Of a DNA stretch of 64,000 bases, positions 45,012 through 54,682 are shown piece by piece. This DNA comes from a virus. Its lineage: Duplodnaviria > Caudoviricetes. Every line of letters begins with the position of its first letter. Position 1 is the first letter of the stretch. Under the pieces are notes generated by a model. It was given only the letters and a program-made list of their open reading frames with translations, searched no databases and was not told where the DNA came from. The translations under genes and the position numbers were made by a program. Location of the stretch: positions 33,761-97,760 of IMG/VR virus record IMGVR_UViG_3300043432_000083; one strand, 5' to 3'.

Positions 45012-45283
45012 AATGCACTCGCCGACCGGCATTGATACCGGCAACTGTCTGTTCGGCTTTTCTCGCCCCAAAGGGGCTCACCAGTCTCGCCGCCACACAT
45101 CCCGACTGGCAGGCTCAGCGATTGTATCCACCACGTGTTCATCCACGTTGCGGCGAGCGCAAAGAATTCTTTCCGACCGAATGAATTGCAGACAGGCATA
45201 GGGATCTTGTTGTACCAAAGGCAGACCGAACCCGCTACCCCCAGCGCGTCACTTAAACCCTTGGCCTTGATCTCATTCCCCAT
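45008..45283 (-). CDS. Hypothetical protein
   Basis: ORF fills gap. Confidence 0.35.
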   Translation of the reverse strand: MGNEIKAKGLSDALGVAGSVCLWYNKIPMPVCNSFGRKEFFALAATWMNTWWIQSLSLPVGMCGGETGEPLWGEKSRTDSCRYQCRSASAL

Positions 45284-45349
45284 CGCATCTCACTTTCGCA
45301 GCGGGTGACGATGTCCCGCACGATTATGCCTGCCCGCATCACCCCAATC

Positions 45350-45535
45350 CTACTTCGCCTTCTTCTTGCCCCCGCTACCAGCCTTCTTCTTCGCCACCTG
45401 TTCGATCACCTCCTTTCTGATCAAATCAATGGCTATATCCAGCGCTGACCGAATTTCTGGCAGATTAACACTGCCACACAGCCTCAATGCCCTTACATAA
45501 TGCAAAGCCTCTTTTAATTCCATCTGCCTACTCAT
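45350..45535 (-). CDS. Small basic hypothetical protein
   Basis: Overlaps recA-like stop. Confidence 0.5.
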   Translation of the reverse strand: MSRQMELKEALHYVRALRLCGSVNLPEIRSALDIAIDLIRKEVIEQVAKKKAGSGGKKKAK

Positions 45536-46643
45536 ACTTTGGCTTCCTGTTCAGCCGAACACTCTCCTCAATCTCCTGCCAGGCGACCTCGGTCCGATTG
45601 ATCAGCCATTCCTGCTCGCCCTGCTCCTCGATGTTCTGAATGACCTTCTGCCGAGTTCCATTCAGCGACTCCATCGGCGTGAGGATGGTGTTCCCCTTCT
45701 TCTGCCACTTCCCCTCCTCCAACAGAAAATCGATGCACGCTCCAAGATCGTCCACACCGTAGTCGTAGTAGACGCTGAACTCGACCTCCCGCAGCTTCCC
45801 AGTCAGCTTGTTCTTGCTGACCTTCGCCTTGATGTTGGAGCCGATGACGCGCTCCTTGGATTTGATCTTCCCCTTCACCGCCAGCCAGATCTCGTGGCTC
45901 GCGTAGAATCGCAGCGCCTTGCCTCCGCTCCGGGTCCGCTTCTCAAAGCTCATCGGATCGATGTTATCCCGCGTCTGCGAAATGACCAGCAGCATCGACT
46001 TGGTGGACTTCAGCTTCGACAGGATTGTCCGCAAGATCTCACCAATCAGCTTCGGCTTCTCCATGCGATAGGAGCCTTTCAATTCCTTCCCCTGCCGAAC
46101 AGCCTGGACCTGATCCTCCAGGCGTCCCTGCTCGTCAGTGCTGGACAGGGCGTCCAAACTGTCCAGCACATAGACGAAGGGCTGGCCCCGCTCGATGACC
46201 TCAAACACATTGGCATGAAACTCCTGCACCGTCTCGCTGTATTTCGGCAATGCCTCCCCATCGCCATCCTGCACCGTATACGGCGGGATCACGCGCTCAG
46301 CGACCTTCTCACTGAACAATCCCTTGATGTTGAACTCGCACGCCTGCTCCACGTCATCATAGATGAAGGCATAGTCATCGAACCGGGAGTCACGCGCCAT
46401 CTCCGCAAACATGGAGAACGCCAGCAAGGTCTTGCCGCTGCTGCTGTCTCCGATCAGATTGACGATCTTCCCAGCGCCGTATCCGCCAGACCCCGTATCG
46501 GAACAGGCCAGGTTCAGCATGATGGAGCCGGTCGGGATCAGCGGACACGACAGCTTCTGCTGCTCAGGCGACGCTACGTCCTGTTTCGGCTTGCGCATCC
46601 GCTTCATGACACGGTCCGCCATGGCTTGCAATTCCTCACTCAT
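45528..46643 (-). CDS. RecA/UvsX-like recombinase
   Basis: IPTGS..LN, GDSSSGKT, VLDSLDAL, ISQTR, SGGKALRFYAS, VSKNK. Confidence 0.92.
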   Translation of the reverse strand: MSEELQAMADRVMKRMRKPKQDVASPEQQKLSCPLIPTGSIMLNLACSDTGSGGYGAGKIVNLIGDSSSGKTLLAFSMFAEMARDSRFDDYAFIYDDVEQACEFNIKGLFSEKVAERVIPPYTVQDGDGEALPKYSETVQEFHANVFEVIERGQPFVYVLDSLDALSSTDEQGRLEDQVQAVRQGKELKGSYRMEKPKLIGEILRTILSKLKSTKSMLLVISQTRDNIDPMSFEKRTRSGGKALRFYASHEIWLAVKGKIKSKERVIGSNIKAKVSKNKLTGKLREVEFSVYYDYGVDDLGACIDFLLEEGKWQKKGNTILTPMESLNGTRQKVIQNIEEQGEQEWLINRTEVAWQEIEESVRLNRKPKYE

Positions 46644-46646
46644 GCT

Positions 46647-47666
46647 CTACCTCTTCTTACCAGCATCCCGCTGCTTCTCCTGTACATCTACGCACCGCTC
46701 CCACAAATCGCAATCCTTGCATTCGTCATACTCGTCGCAGTCCGTTCCGAAGGTCCCGTCCTTCACCGGACAAGTCAACACCTCACTTTTAGCAGAGGGC
46801 TTCTCTCTCTTTCCATCGGTGCGAACAGTCTCTGTTGTAGATCGCTTCGGCGGATCTACTTTCCGCTCCTCCTGAGGCTTCTCAGGCGCGTCCTCGACTT
46901 CAGCAGGTCCGGAGGAATTCGGGTCGTCGTCCAATTCCAGGAAGATCCGCTCCAGATCATCATACGACTGAACTTTCAGGATCGTGTCCAGGTCCAGCGC
47001 CTTCGACAGAATATCGTCGTCCAGGGCATCCCGATCTGCTGTGTCGATGCGGGTCACTTCCATGAACTTGTTCTGGCCCATCGCCTTCTCGGACGCTCGC
47101 AGCTTCAGGATGCATCCACCATCCCGCTCCGCGAATCCAGCATCCACATTCCCTTCTAGCAGCTCCTCCTCTAACTTACGCTGAAACAGATAGGCGCTGT
47201 AGTCCCAGAGCTGTACCCCCTTGTCTGGGTCGTCGTGGTCATAGACATTATAGATTTCCCGCTCCTTGGGCTTCAGCGCCTGGAGCAGCTTCTCATCCGG
47301 CTTGTCCTGCTTCATCGCCTCAGCCCGATGCTCACAGATCGGACACTTCTTCTTCACTGTCTTCAGGCACAGGTAGCCCTTCTCCTCTGCGCCGACGTTA
47401 TAGTGCACGAAGACAGTCCGCTTATACCAGTCCTCACCCTTTGGCACCTGCTCTGGGTGATCGTCAACCGACACCGCGTAGGGCACAATGCTGATCGCCG
47501 CATGTCGCTTCAGCGTGAAGAAGTTGACGCCGTCAGGCAGATTGTACTTGGTCCCGCCTCCGCCCTGCTTCTCCCGCTCCTCCGCCCGCTGCTTGATCCG
47601 ATCCCGCATCCCTGCGTGCTTTGCTCGCTTCTGATCTCGCTCTGTCCGTCTCGCTGATCGCTCCAC
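46647..47666 (-). CDS. Single-stranded DNA-binding protein (T4 gp32-like)
   Basis: VH....YLC..T.KKKCPICE, YNV.D, acidic linker; extra Cys-rich C-terminus. Confidence 0.75.
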   Translation of the reverse strand: MERSARRTERDQKRAKHAGMRDRIKQRAEEREKQGGGGTKYNLPDGVNFFTLKRHAAISIVPYAVSVDDHPEQVPKGEDWYKRTVFVHYNVGAEEKGYLCLKTVKKKCPICEHRAEAMKQDKPDEKLLQALKPKEREIYNVYDHDDPDKGVQLWDYSAYLFQRKLEEELLEGNVDAGFAERDGGCILKLRASEKAMGQNKFMEVTRIDTADRDALDDDILSKALDLDTILKVQSYDDLERIFLELDDDPNSSGPAEVEDAPEKPQEERKVDPPKRSTTETVRTDGKREKPSAKSEVLTCPVKDGTFGTDCDEYDECKDCDLWERCVDVQEKQRDAGKKR

Positions 47667-47685
47667 CTACTCTCCTCCTTATTGG

Positions 47686-47811
47686 TTAGTTGCCCAAGAT
47701 GTCCTTACGGGACCGATACCAGCCTGCTCCGGCAAACCGCGCCACTGCATAGCTCCACACCGGCCCGAATAGAACCACGAACACCACCATCCCGCTTCCC
47801 CACAGGTCCAT
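47686..47811 (-). CDS. 41-aa single-TM micro-protein
   Basis: MDLWGSGMVVFVVLFGPVWSYAVARFAGAGWYRSRKDILGN; TGATG overlap. Confidence 0.5.
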   Translation of the reverse strand: MDLWGSGMVVFVVLFGPVWSYAVARFAGAGWYRSRKDILGN

Positions 47812-48002
47812 CACCGCTTCCGCGCCGCCAGTCTATTGGTTGGCGACTTCGCCTCCTTCACCACATTGACTTGGATTTGATCGACTACAATTACAGTATT
47901 GACTGTCCACGGCGAGATCGAAAGGCCCTTCCACATTTTTATCTCCTTCAATGACAGGCCCGTCTCCGTCTCAATGGAAATCACTACCTTCCTCGGCTTC
48001 AT
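47811..48002 (-). CDS. Hypothetical protein
   Basis: 63 aa, RBS, ATGA overlap. Confidence 0.6.
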   Translation of the reverse strand: MKPRKVVISIETETGLSLKEIKMWKGLSISPWTVNTVIVVDQIQVNVVKEAKSPTNRLAARKR

Positions 48003-48226
48003 TCTCCCTCCTTCTTGCTCTTAACTGCCCACATCGGCGCTTGGATCGTCTGCATGAGTAATGCATTCATCTCCAGGATCTTCCCGTTCTGCTCGACGAT
48101 CCGCTTCGCGACTTCCATCACATCTGCAGAAAGAGTCAACGGCTCAAACGTAAGTGTATAATTCCGTACATCTTCCAACAGCCTCTCTGCCACACTATCC
48201 TCTGTCTTCTTACTTGACTTCGCCAT
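47999..48226 (-). CDS. Hypothetical protein
   Basis: 75 aa, coupled. Confidence 0.6.
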   Translation of the reverse strand: MAKSSKKTEDSVAERLLEDVRNYTLTFEPLTLSADVMEVAKRIVEQNGKILEMNALLMQTIQAPMWAVKSKKEGE

Positions 48227-48693
48227 TATCCCCTCCGCATCCCATCCCGCACCATATTCCGCGTGACCCGCTTCGTCCCTTCTGCACCGTCGCCAGACTC
48301 GGCTTTCGGCATCGAGTAGTATTCCATCCCGTAGAGCCGCACCAGGTTCTCTAACGCCGCCTTGCGCTGATGGAATCCTTCCACCGCCACATCCAGTATC
48401 TCGCAGCTGTTCTTCGCCTCCAGGTACTGCTTGTTTGCCTCCTGATAGCGCGGATGCTGGAGGATCGCCGCCTTGACTGCTGCCTCTGTCATTTTCAATG
48501 TCGTCTGACGAACGTGGCTATCGACCTCTGCCTCGGTCAGCTTCAGGCGCTCCTTCGCTTCATCGACCTCGGCCCGCGCCTCCCTCGCGGCCTGGGCGTA
48601 CTGCATGAACAGTTGCGGCTGATTCACCCACTCCTGATCCAGCCGATGCTCGTTGATCTGGATGTCCTGCATGTAGTCCAACTCTCTTGCCAT
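48226..48693 (-). CDS. UvsY-like recombination mediator
   Basis: IN...LD.E...QP..F..Y, TEAAVKA.I...P.Y, FHQRK.AL..L; clustered with RecA- and gp32-like genes. Confidence 0.7.
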   Translation of the reverse strand: MARELDYMQDIQINEHRLDQEWVNQPQLFMQYAQAAREARAEVDEAKERLKLTEAEVDSHVRQTTLKMTEAAVKAAILQHPRYQEANKQYLEAKNSCEILDVAVEGFHQRKAALENLVRLYGMEYYSMPKAESGDGAEGTKRVTRNMVRDGMRRG

Positions 48694-48710
48694 TCACTCC
48701 CTCCTTACTC

Positions 48711-48740
48711 TTATTATACTGTCCGACCCGAAAACCACAG
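48711..48740 (-). promoter_or_regulatory. Repeated phage promoter motif, copy 1
   Basis: CTGTGGTTTTCGG-N7-AGTATAATAA upstream of uvsY-like gene. Confidence 0.7.
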
Positions 48741-48925
48741 TTATTTTTTGCCCCTGCATTGGATTCCACCAATGCTTTCTCGGACGGGCTCGTCCGGGCC
48801 ATTTGTCTCCCAGAGTTACTCGCAGATTATTGTCTACGAGACATATCATAGGGTTCCGACCCCTACTCCCTTCACATCAGTCCTCGGCCAACGAGCAGGA
48901 ATCAAACCTGCACTTTCTAAGCGAT

Positions 48926-49843
48926 TCATTCCCCGCCCACCACCTCATATGCCGCCATCACAATCCCCGGCCAGCCGATGTCATAGGTCGGGGGACGAAA
49001 AGCGTCGAGCACGACATACGCCTTCGGCTCATCCTCGTTCAGCAGTACCGCCGAACAGTAACCCAGAACAGCCCGACGCACATCCTCCGGAGCCTGATCC
49101 TTGAGTCCCTGAAGAATCTTCTTCACCTGCTTCCAATCCGCTTTTTTCATCAGGCAGCGACACAGATCAATGACCTGGCTCTGCTCGACCGCCGCCTTCT
49201 CCACTGTCCGCAGCATCGACTCTTCCGGCAGGTCAATGGTCCTGTCCAGCATCACCAGGGCTGCCCGAGGATGCCCCAGGCTGTTCATGGCGATCTTCTT
49301 CAGCACCTCCAGCGGGACCGACTTGCCCTCTGCTCGCACCACCCGGCGCAATAGCCGAACGATCTGCTCCTCCTCCAGCGGAGCCACCTTCAGTTCAGTG
49401 CAACGACTCAGGATTGTCGGCAGGAGCTTCTGCGGGTCGGTCGTCGCCAGCATGAAATAGACATGGGATGGGGCATCCTCCAGCATCTTGAGCATAGCAC
49501 TCATGGCATCACTGGTTTGACGGTGGCATTCATCGATGATCCACACTCGGCAGGAGCCTCCCAACGGAGCTAATCCAATCTTGCTACGGATGTCCCGAAT
49601 TGTATCAATGCCGCGAAAGTCCGCCGCATCAATCTCCACAAGATCATGCTCGGAACAGCCCAACCGAAGCGCGGCGACTCGTGCCAACGTCGTCTTTCCG
49701 CAGCCAGACGGTCCAACAAATAGAAACGCTTTCGGGATTTCCTGCTTCGGCTTGTTCAGCAGTCCCTCGAATGCCTCCACCACAGACGCATTGCCTACAA
49801 ACTCCTGTATGGTATTCGGTCGGTATTTATTGTACAGCGCCAC
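48926..49843 (-). CDS. Clamp loader, DnaX (gamma/tau)-like AAA+
   Basis: LYNKYRP, GPSGCGKTT, EIDAA, IIDECH, LATT.PQKL..TILSRC. Confidence 0.9.
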   Translation of the reverse strand: MALYNKYRPNTIQEFVGNASVVEAFEGLLNKPKQEIPKAFLFVGPSGCGKTTLARVAALRLGCSEHDLVEIDAADFRGIDTIRDIRSKIGLAPLGGSCRVWIIDECHRQTSDAMSAMLKMLEDAPSHVYFMLATTDPQKLLPTILSRCTELKVAPLEEEQIVRLLRRVVRAEGKSVPLEVLKKIAMNSLGHPRAALVMLDRTIDLPEESMLRTVEKAAVEQSQVIDLCRCLMKKADWKQVKKILQGLKDQAPEDVRRAVLGYCSAVLLNEDEPKAYVVLDAFRPPTYDIGWPGIVMAAYEVVGGE

Positions 49844-49852
49844 GCACCCCTC

Positions 49853-50821
49853 CTATGAGATTAAATCCCAATCGCTCTCTGCCATCTCCGACACCAACTC
49901 CGAGAAGGATACTGTGGGCTCCCAGCCCAGCAGACGCTTTGCCTTGCTCGCATCTCCGCACAAAGAGTCAACCTCGGCACGCCGATGAAGATGTGAGGCC
50001 GTCTTAACATATTTCGCCCAGTTGTCATTGAACCATCGGAAAGTCTCCTCTGCAAACTCCCGAACGGAATGCTGCTGTCCGGTTGCAATGACATAATCAT
50101 CAGGCGAGTCCTGCTGGAGCATCAGCCACATCGCCCTGACATAATCCTTGGCATGACCCCAATCCCGACGAGCCTCCATATTGCCCAACACCAGCTCCTT
50201 CTGCTGTCCGCAAGCGATTTTCGCTGCTGCCGAGGTGATCTTCCGCGTCACAAACTCCATGCCGCGACGCGAACTCTCATGATTGAACAGAATGCCAGAG
50301 GAGACGTGCATCCCGTAGGCTTCACGATACAATCGCGCCAGATTGAACCCCGCCACCTTCGTGATGCCATAGACCGACCGAGGATGAAACGGCGTCTGTT
50401 CATGCTGCGGACTCTCCGACACCTTCCCGAACATCTCGCTCGACGCGGCGAAGTAGACTCGACAATCCCCAGCGCAGTCCCGCAGCTCCGACAGGACATG
50501 GTGCGTCCCGGCCACATTGACCTGCATCGTCGTGAATTCGTCATCGAAGGAATTGCCAACGAAGCTCTGCGCCGCCAGGTGATAACACTCGACCGGATTC
50601 ACGTCCCGCACGATTCGATGCAAACTCGGTAGATGCTCCACGCAACCGGAGTGCAGCACCACGCGATCCTGAAGATGTCGAATGCGCCAGAGGCGGTGCT
50701 CAGGACGCTCCAACGCCATTCGACGCACGATGCCGTGCACCTCATAGCCTTTCTCCAACAGAAGTTCTGCCAGATACGACCCGTCCTGACCGGTGATCCC
50801 GGTGATCAACGCCCGTTTCAT
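49853..50821 (-). CDS. gmd: GDP-mannose 4,6-dehydratase
   Basis: ALITGITGQDGSYLAE, ASSEMFG, PRS.YG..K, ILFNHES, FVTRKI, RDWGHAKDYV. Confidence 0.95.
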   Translation of the reverse strand: MKRALITGITGQDGSYLAELLLEKGYEVHGIVRRMALERPEHRLWRIRHLQDRVVLHSGCVEHLPSLHRIVRDVNPVECYHLAAQSFVGNSFDDEFTTMQVNVAGTHHVLSELRDCAGDCRVYFAASSEMFGKVSESPQHEQTPFHPRSVYGITKVAGFNLARLYREAYGMHVSSGILFNHESSRRGMEFVTRKITSAAAKIACGQQKELVLGNMEARRDWGHAKDYVRAMWLMLQQDSPDDYVIATGQQHSVREFAEETFRWFNDNWAKYVKTASHLHRRAEVDSLCGDASKAKRLLGWEPTVSFSELVSEMAESDWDLIS

Positions 50822-51015
50822 TGTTCCTCCTCGATATACTGGCTCAGGTCCTCTACCAGACTAGGATCGCCACATCGCTTCAGATAGTCCTTTCCTCCGT
50901 CCACCGCAATCCCTCCGCAGGAGCACCACTTGAAATCACGCCGATACTCAGACACCAACACATCCCCGCAGCGGCGGCATCGCGCTGAATTGGTTTGTAT
51001 TCGCTGCGCGCTCAT
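50818..51015 (-). CDS. Small conserved-type Zn-binding phage protein
   Basis: CRRCGD...S....DF..CSCG...VDGG..Y. Confidence 0.7.
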   Translation of the reverse strand: MSAQRIQTNSARCRRCGDVLVSEYRRDFKWCSCGGIAVDGGKDYLKRCGDPSLVEDLSQYIEEEQ

Positions 51016-52382
51016 TTCGCAATCTCCACCGGCTTCTTCTCCCACCAACTCGCATCAATAGGGGCAAACTCCGCTTCCACGTCCATGGACACCACTATAA
51101 ATTTCCAGGCATCCCGAATGTCCTGTGTCATGATCTGATAGGCGCGACTCAGGACCGTTCCCAATTCCTCCGGATGAGCGTCCATCGTCACTTCATCATG
51201 GATCTGCCCGATGATCTTCGTCTCATACTGGCCTTCCTTGAGCCATCGGTGCAGTCGAATCAGTGACCAGAGCAGGCAGTGAAAGGCAGTACCTTGGATG
51301 GCCAGATTCAACACGACGTTCTTCCGCATCACGCCGGAGCAAGTAAACCCAGTGAACATATGTATCTTCCCGGTTTTCTCATATCGGCGATACCACTCCT
51401 CCTTCCATTTTGTATAGCCACGAAAGCGATCATTCCAGAAGCGGCCCTCCACCTTCTGCATATGGTCCTCAAAGCCCTGATAGCTCCGAATCCGCTTGGC
51501 CTTCAGATGCTCGCGCATCGGCATCCCGTCCGCTCGCTCCAGCTTCAATGTACCAATAGCTTCCCACAACCTCTGAGCGCATGACTTATACCAGTCCCCG
51601 TAGAACTGGGGGAATACGAACATGTTTTTCGCCGTGTATCGAACCTGCTTATGAACCTTTTCATTCTGATCCAGACAGTAGATTTCCCGTGCCATGTCCC
51701 TATGCATGTCCTTGTTCGGATCATTGATATACGCGAGCATCTCCTTGTCTTGGTGATAGCACGCAGCGATCCGGACCTCGGCGCCAGAGATGTCCACACC
51801 ACCGATTTGATGTCCAGGACGAGGCAAGAAGGCCTGCCGGATCAATTTCGCATATTCCCCCTCGCGGATAGGTTGATTTTGGAAGTTCGGCGAATCCGCG
51901 CTGCTTCGAAAACTAACCACTGTGTGTAGATTAAAGAACGGACGCAGAAACCCGTCCTCCGACACATTCTTCACAATCCCGCCGATGTAGGTGTCCCGAA
52001 CCTTCGTTAGCTTGCGCTGCTGGAGCAGCAGCTTCACGAACGGCACATCCAGCTTGCCCAACACTTCGTCATCTACCTGCGCATTGCCTGCCGCCGTCTC
52101 CTTAATTGGCTCCAAGCCCTTGTGCTTGAACAGGTACCAGGACAACTGCGGATTGGAGTTGATATTGAAATCCTGTCCCTTCAATCGACGCCATTCCTGC
52201 ACATCAACATCGTCCATGAGCTGCTCCGTCGTCCGGGTGATGCGGCGACCCAGGAGCCGCTGCTGCCGCTCGCAGTAGTCCCGGTCAATACGGATACCGG
52301 TCCGCTCAATCTCCGCCAGAACCAAGGCCCCATCATGAAGGAGCTGGTAGGCCGCTTTCGTGTCAGGCTTGATCGTCAGCAT
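51012..52382 (-). CDS. Family A DNA polymerase, polymerase domain (split gene)
   Basis: PNFQNQP, motif A DISGAEVR, motif B R..AKN..F...YG, IQGTA, motif C QIHDE. Confidence 0.93.
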   Translation of the reverse strand: MLTIKPDTKAAYQLLHDGALVLAEIERTGIRIDRDYCERQQRLLGRRITRTTEQLMDDVDVQEWRRLKGQDFNINSNPQLSWYLFKHKGLEPIKETAAGNAQVDDEVLGKLDVPFVKLLLQQRKLTKVRDTYIGGIVKNVSEDGFLRPFFNLHTVVSFRSSADSPNFQNQPIREGEYAKLIRQAFLPRPGHQIGGVDISGAEVRIAACYHQDKEMLAYINDPNKDMHRDMAREIYCLDQNEKVHKQVRYTAKNMFVFPQFYGDWYKSCAQRLWEAIGTLKLERADGMPMREHLKAKRIRSYQGFEDHMQKVEGRFWNDRFRGYTKWKEEWYRRYEKTGKIHMFTGFTCSGVMRKNVVLNLAIQGTAFHCLLWSLIRLHRWLKEGQYETKIIGQIHDEVTMDAHPEELGTVLSRAYQIMTQDIRDAWKFIVVSMDVEAEFAPIDASWWEKKPVEIAK

Positions 52383-52498
52383 AGAGCTTTGATCGGAATT
52401 GTTTTAATCCATATGTAACAAGGAGCCAGATAATGAAGTGCAAATAATAAGATCAGTATTATTCCAATCAATAAAAATTCACAGATAAAATCACGCAA
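52376..52498 (-). CDS. 40-aa hydrophobic micro-protein between polymerase halves
   Basis: TTG-start MRDFICEFLLIGIILILLFALHYLAPCYIWIKTIPIKALC; AT-rich; overlaps both neighbours. Confidence 0.4.
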   Translation of the reverse strand: MRDFICEFLLIGIILILLFALHYLAPCYIWIKTIPIKALC

Positions 52499-53690
52499 TC
52501 CCAATACCCTCCATCTGCCGCATCGCCAAATGATACTGCACCAAGGCATCCATCCCGCAATACTGCAGTAGGTCGCGCAGCGGCGCTTCCTTGACTCGGT
52601 TAAACTTCTCCCCTTCCCTTGTGCTCAGATAGGGCTCGATCTTCGATGAGTAATCCCCCACCCCAAAATTCACATAGGCTTGGAACTTGAGTCCAGACAC
52701 GCCGGGCCGGTTGTCTAGCAGATGGGAGCCAAGCATCGAGCAGAAGGCCCAATTCCTCACCGGATGCCCAAGGATGACGTTCGTCCATTGGGTCTCAAAC
52801 TTCAAGTTGTGCGCGGTCTTGGGAATCCGCTCCGACATCAGCAGCCGCTTCAGCCATCGACGCAGGTCCAGATTTGCCGTCATCTCAAACGCGAACGCCC
52901 CCAGTTCCGACGCGATCCCACAACAGACGATCTCATGCCCCGAATCGTAGGGACGCAGGCCGGTTGTCTCATAATCGAACGCCATCAGCCCTCCAGTCGA
53001 AGGCAGCACATAATGCAACTTGCGCAACTCCTCAACCGCTTCGTCCTCTGTCTGCAACAGTCGAACGCTGTCCTCTGACAACGATGGAGGCAGCGGCTTG
53101 TCCAAGCATCCCAGCGCTGTCTCGATATCCTGCCGAAAGACGGTCTCGACCACCGGCTCGCCCCTCGACCGCAACAGGAAGCTCGGATGGTAGGTCGGCA
53201 CCACCCAACAGTTGGCGTCCCGGTCCGGGATTGTCCAACCCCGCCATTTCGTGATCCCACCCAAATCCTTCTTCCATCGATGCCCCAGGAAGCTCTCCAA
53301 CGCCACGCCGCCCAGCAGCAGAATCAGCGACGGACGGAAGTCCCGAATCTCCTCCCACACGCGAGAGCGGCAGGCTGCGACCTCCTTATCCGTCGGGGTG
53401 CGATTGCCAGGTGGTCTGCATGACACGCTGTTCGTCTTCCTACAATCCCGGTCCAGGTCGATATCATAGTCCCGAAGGATACGGCGCAGAAGCTGTCCTG
53501 CCTCGCCGACAAGTTGCTTGCCTTGTGCATCCTCGGTTTTCCCTGGAGCCTCTGCAATGATCAGAATCCCCTTCTTGCCCTCGCCGGACGGCGGCATCGC
53601 TGGGGAGTTACAGGACTGGGACAGGGAGCAGCCGACACAGGACAAACCATTGTTGATGTCAGAATCGGAAAAGAACATAGGAACTGTCAT
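52491..53690 (-). CDS. Family-4 uracil-DNA glycosylase-like domain fused to 3'-5' exonuclease (N-terminal half of PolA)
   Basis: CVGC.L, AEAPG..ED..G...VG.AG, CRPPGNR.P, TYHPS; exonuclease FDYETTGL, HNLKFE, YCGMDA. Confidence 0.9.
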   Translation of the reverse strand: MTVPMFFSDSDINNGLSCVGCSLSQSCNSPAMPPSGEGKKGILIIAEAPGKTEDAQGKQLVGEAGQLLRRILRDYDIDLDRDCRKTNSVSCRPPGNRTPTDKEVAACRSRVWEEIRDFRPSLILLLGGVALESFLGHRWKKDLGGITKWRGWTIPDRDANCWVVPTYHPSFLLRSRGEPVVETVFRQDIETALGCLDKPLPPSLSEDSVRLLQTEDEAVEELRKLHYVLPSTGGLMAFDYETTGLRPYDSGHEIVCCGIASELGAFAFEMTANLDLRRWLKRLLMSERIPKTAHNLKFETQWTNVILGHPVRNWAFCSMLGSHLLDNRPGVSGLKFQAYVNFGVGDYSSKIEPYLSTREGEKFNRVKEAPLRDLLQYCGMDALVQYHLAMRQMEGIGIA

Positions 53691-54682
53691 GCCTCCGGGA
53701 CATTTACTGAGCACGCATGCAGGAAATTCTCGCCCTGAAACTTCAGGAGGCCAGGACAGACCTCGACCGTCTTGAGCTTGCCGCTGATCTCCCGCAGGAA
53801 CGCCGGGCGGATGCGGAACTCGATCTTGTCCCCTTTGTACCGGACCCGCACCTGCTCCTCAAACCAGCCCACCGGCCCCCTCGCCTTCACCGTCAACGCA
53901 TTGGCCGCCAGACCAATCTCTGCCATCCCATCAATCTCGTCCTTCACCAGCACCTCCGCCCGCTCTAGGACATCCGGCAATTCTGCTGGCAGCTCCAATG
54001 TGAAGCCATCGTTGGCAATCAGTTTCGACAGATCGGGATAGGTCCCCTCGAAGGTTCGGGCGCTAAAGACAACCTGCTTCTCGTTGCGGAAATGAATCCA
54101 TCCCTCCGACGTGGCATAGTCGGTCGGCGCATAGGCCGGGAGCTTGTCGGCAGCGCTCTCTGGGATCAGCAGATCATCAGCAATAGACTCACCCAACGTC
54201 CATCGCCCAAGCCGATAGTTATCGCAGCTCTCCATCACATTGCCCTTGACATGGATGCTGGTCAGGACCGGCTTCGTCATGTCCTTACCAACGCTCATCC
54301 CGCAGAACTTCAGCCCATCGGCGAATCCCTTGGGTAACGGCTTCCACGCCTTCTCGCCTTTCAGCGTATCCAGCGGCAGCCGAACCTCGGTCTGCAAGGC
54401 CACTCCCGCCTTGCGCCGCTTCCCCTGTATCACCAGCTCCGTCTTCGTGACCTCCGTCTGGACCTCCTCGTCCGGGAACTTAGTCAGCAGAGAATACAGT
54501 TCCCCGGCCCGGACTGCCCCAGTGATGCCGGGTGGGACGGGATGGGAGATGCTGATCTGGTCATTGTAGGTGTAGACCATCCCGTCATCGAACACAAAGC
54601 TTCCGGACTGCTCTAGGATCTCCCGGCTTGCCAGACCTGGGCGGACAGCCGCCAGCGCATCAATCAAGACTTGTCGATTCAT
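53687..54682 (-). CDS. Sliding clamp (beta-clamp-like)
   Basis: KPVLTSIH, SCDNYRL, SAR..EGTYPD, VLERA. Confidence 0.82.
   Translation of the reverse strand: MNRQVLIDALAAVRPGLASREILEQSGSFVFDDGMVYTYNDQISISHPVPPGITGAVRAGELYSLLTKFPDEEVQTEVTKTELVIQGKRRKAGVALQTEVRLPLDTLKGEKAWKPLPKGFADGLKFCGMSVGKDMTKPVLTSIHVKGNVMESCDNYRLGRWTLGESIADDLLIPESAADKLPAYAPTDYATSEGWIHFRNEKQVVFSARTFEGTYPDLSKLIANDGFTLELPAELPDVLERAEVLVKDEIDGMAEIGLAANALTVKARGPVGWFEEQVRVRYKGDKIEFRIRPAFLREISGKLKTVEVCPGLLKFQGENFLHACSVNVPEA

Noticed and set aside
48880-48925. tRNA gene
   Set aside because: Only a T-arm-like hairpin; no D arm, anticodon arm or acceptor stem.
52383-52490. Self-splicing intron joining the polymerase halves
   Set aside because: Too short and no recognisable group I/II core; both halves have their own start and stop.
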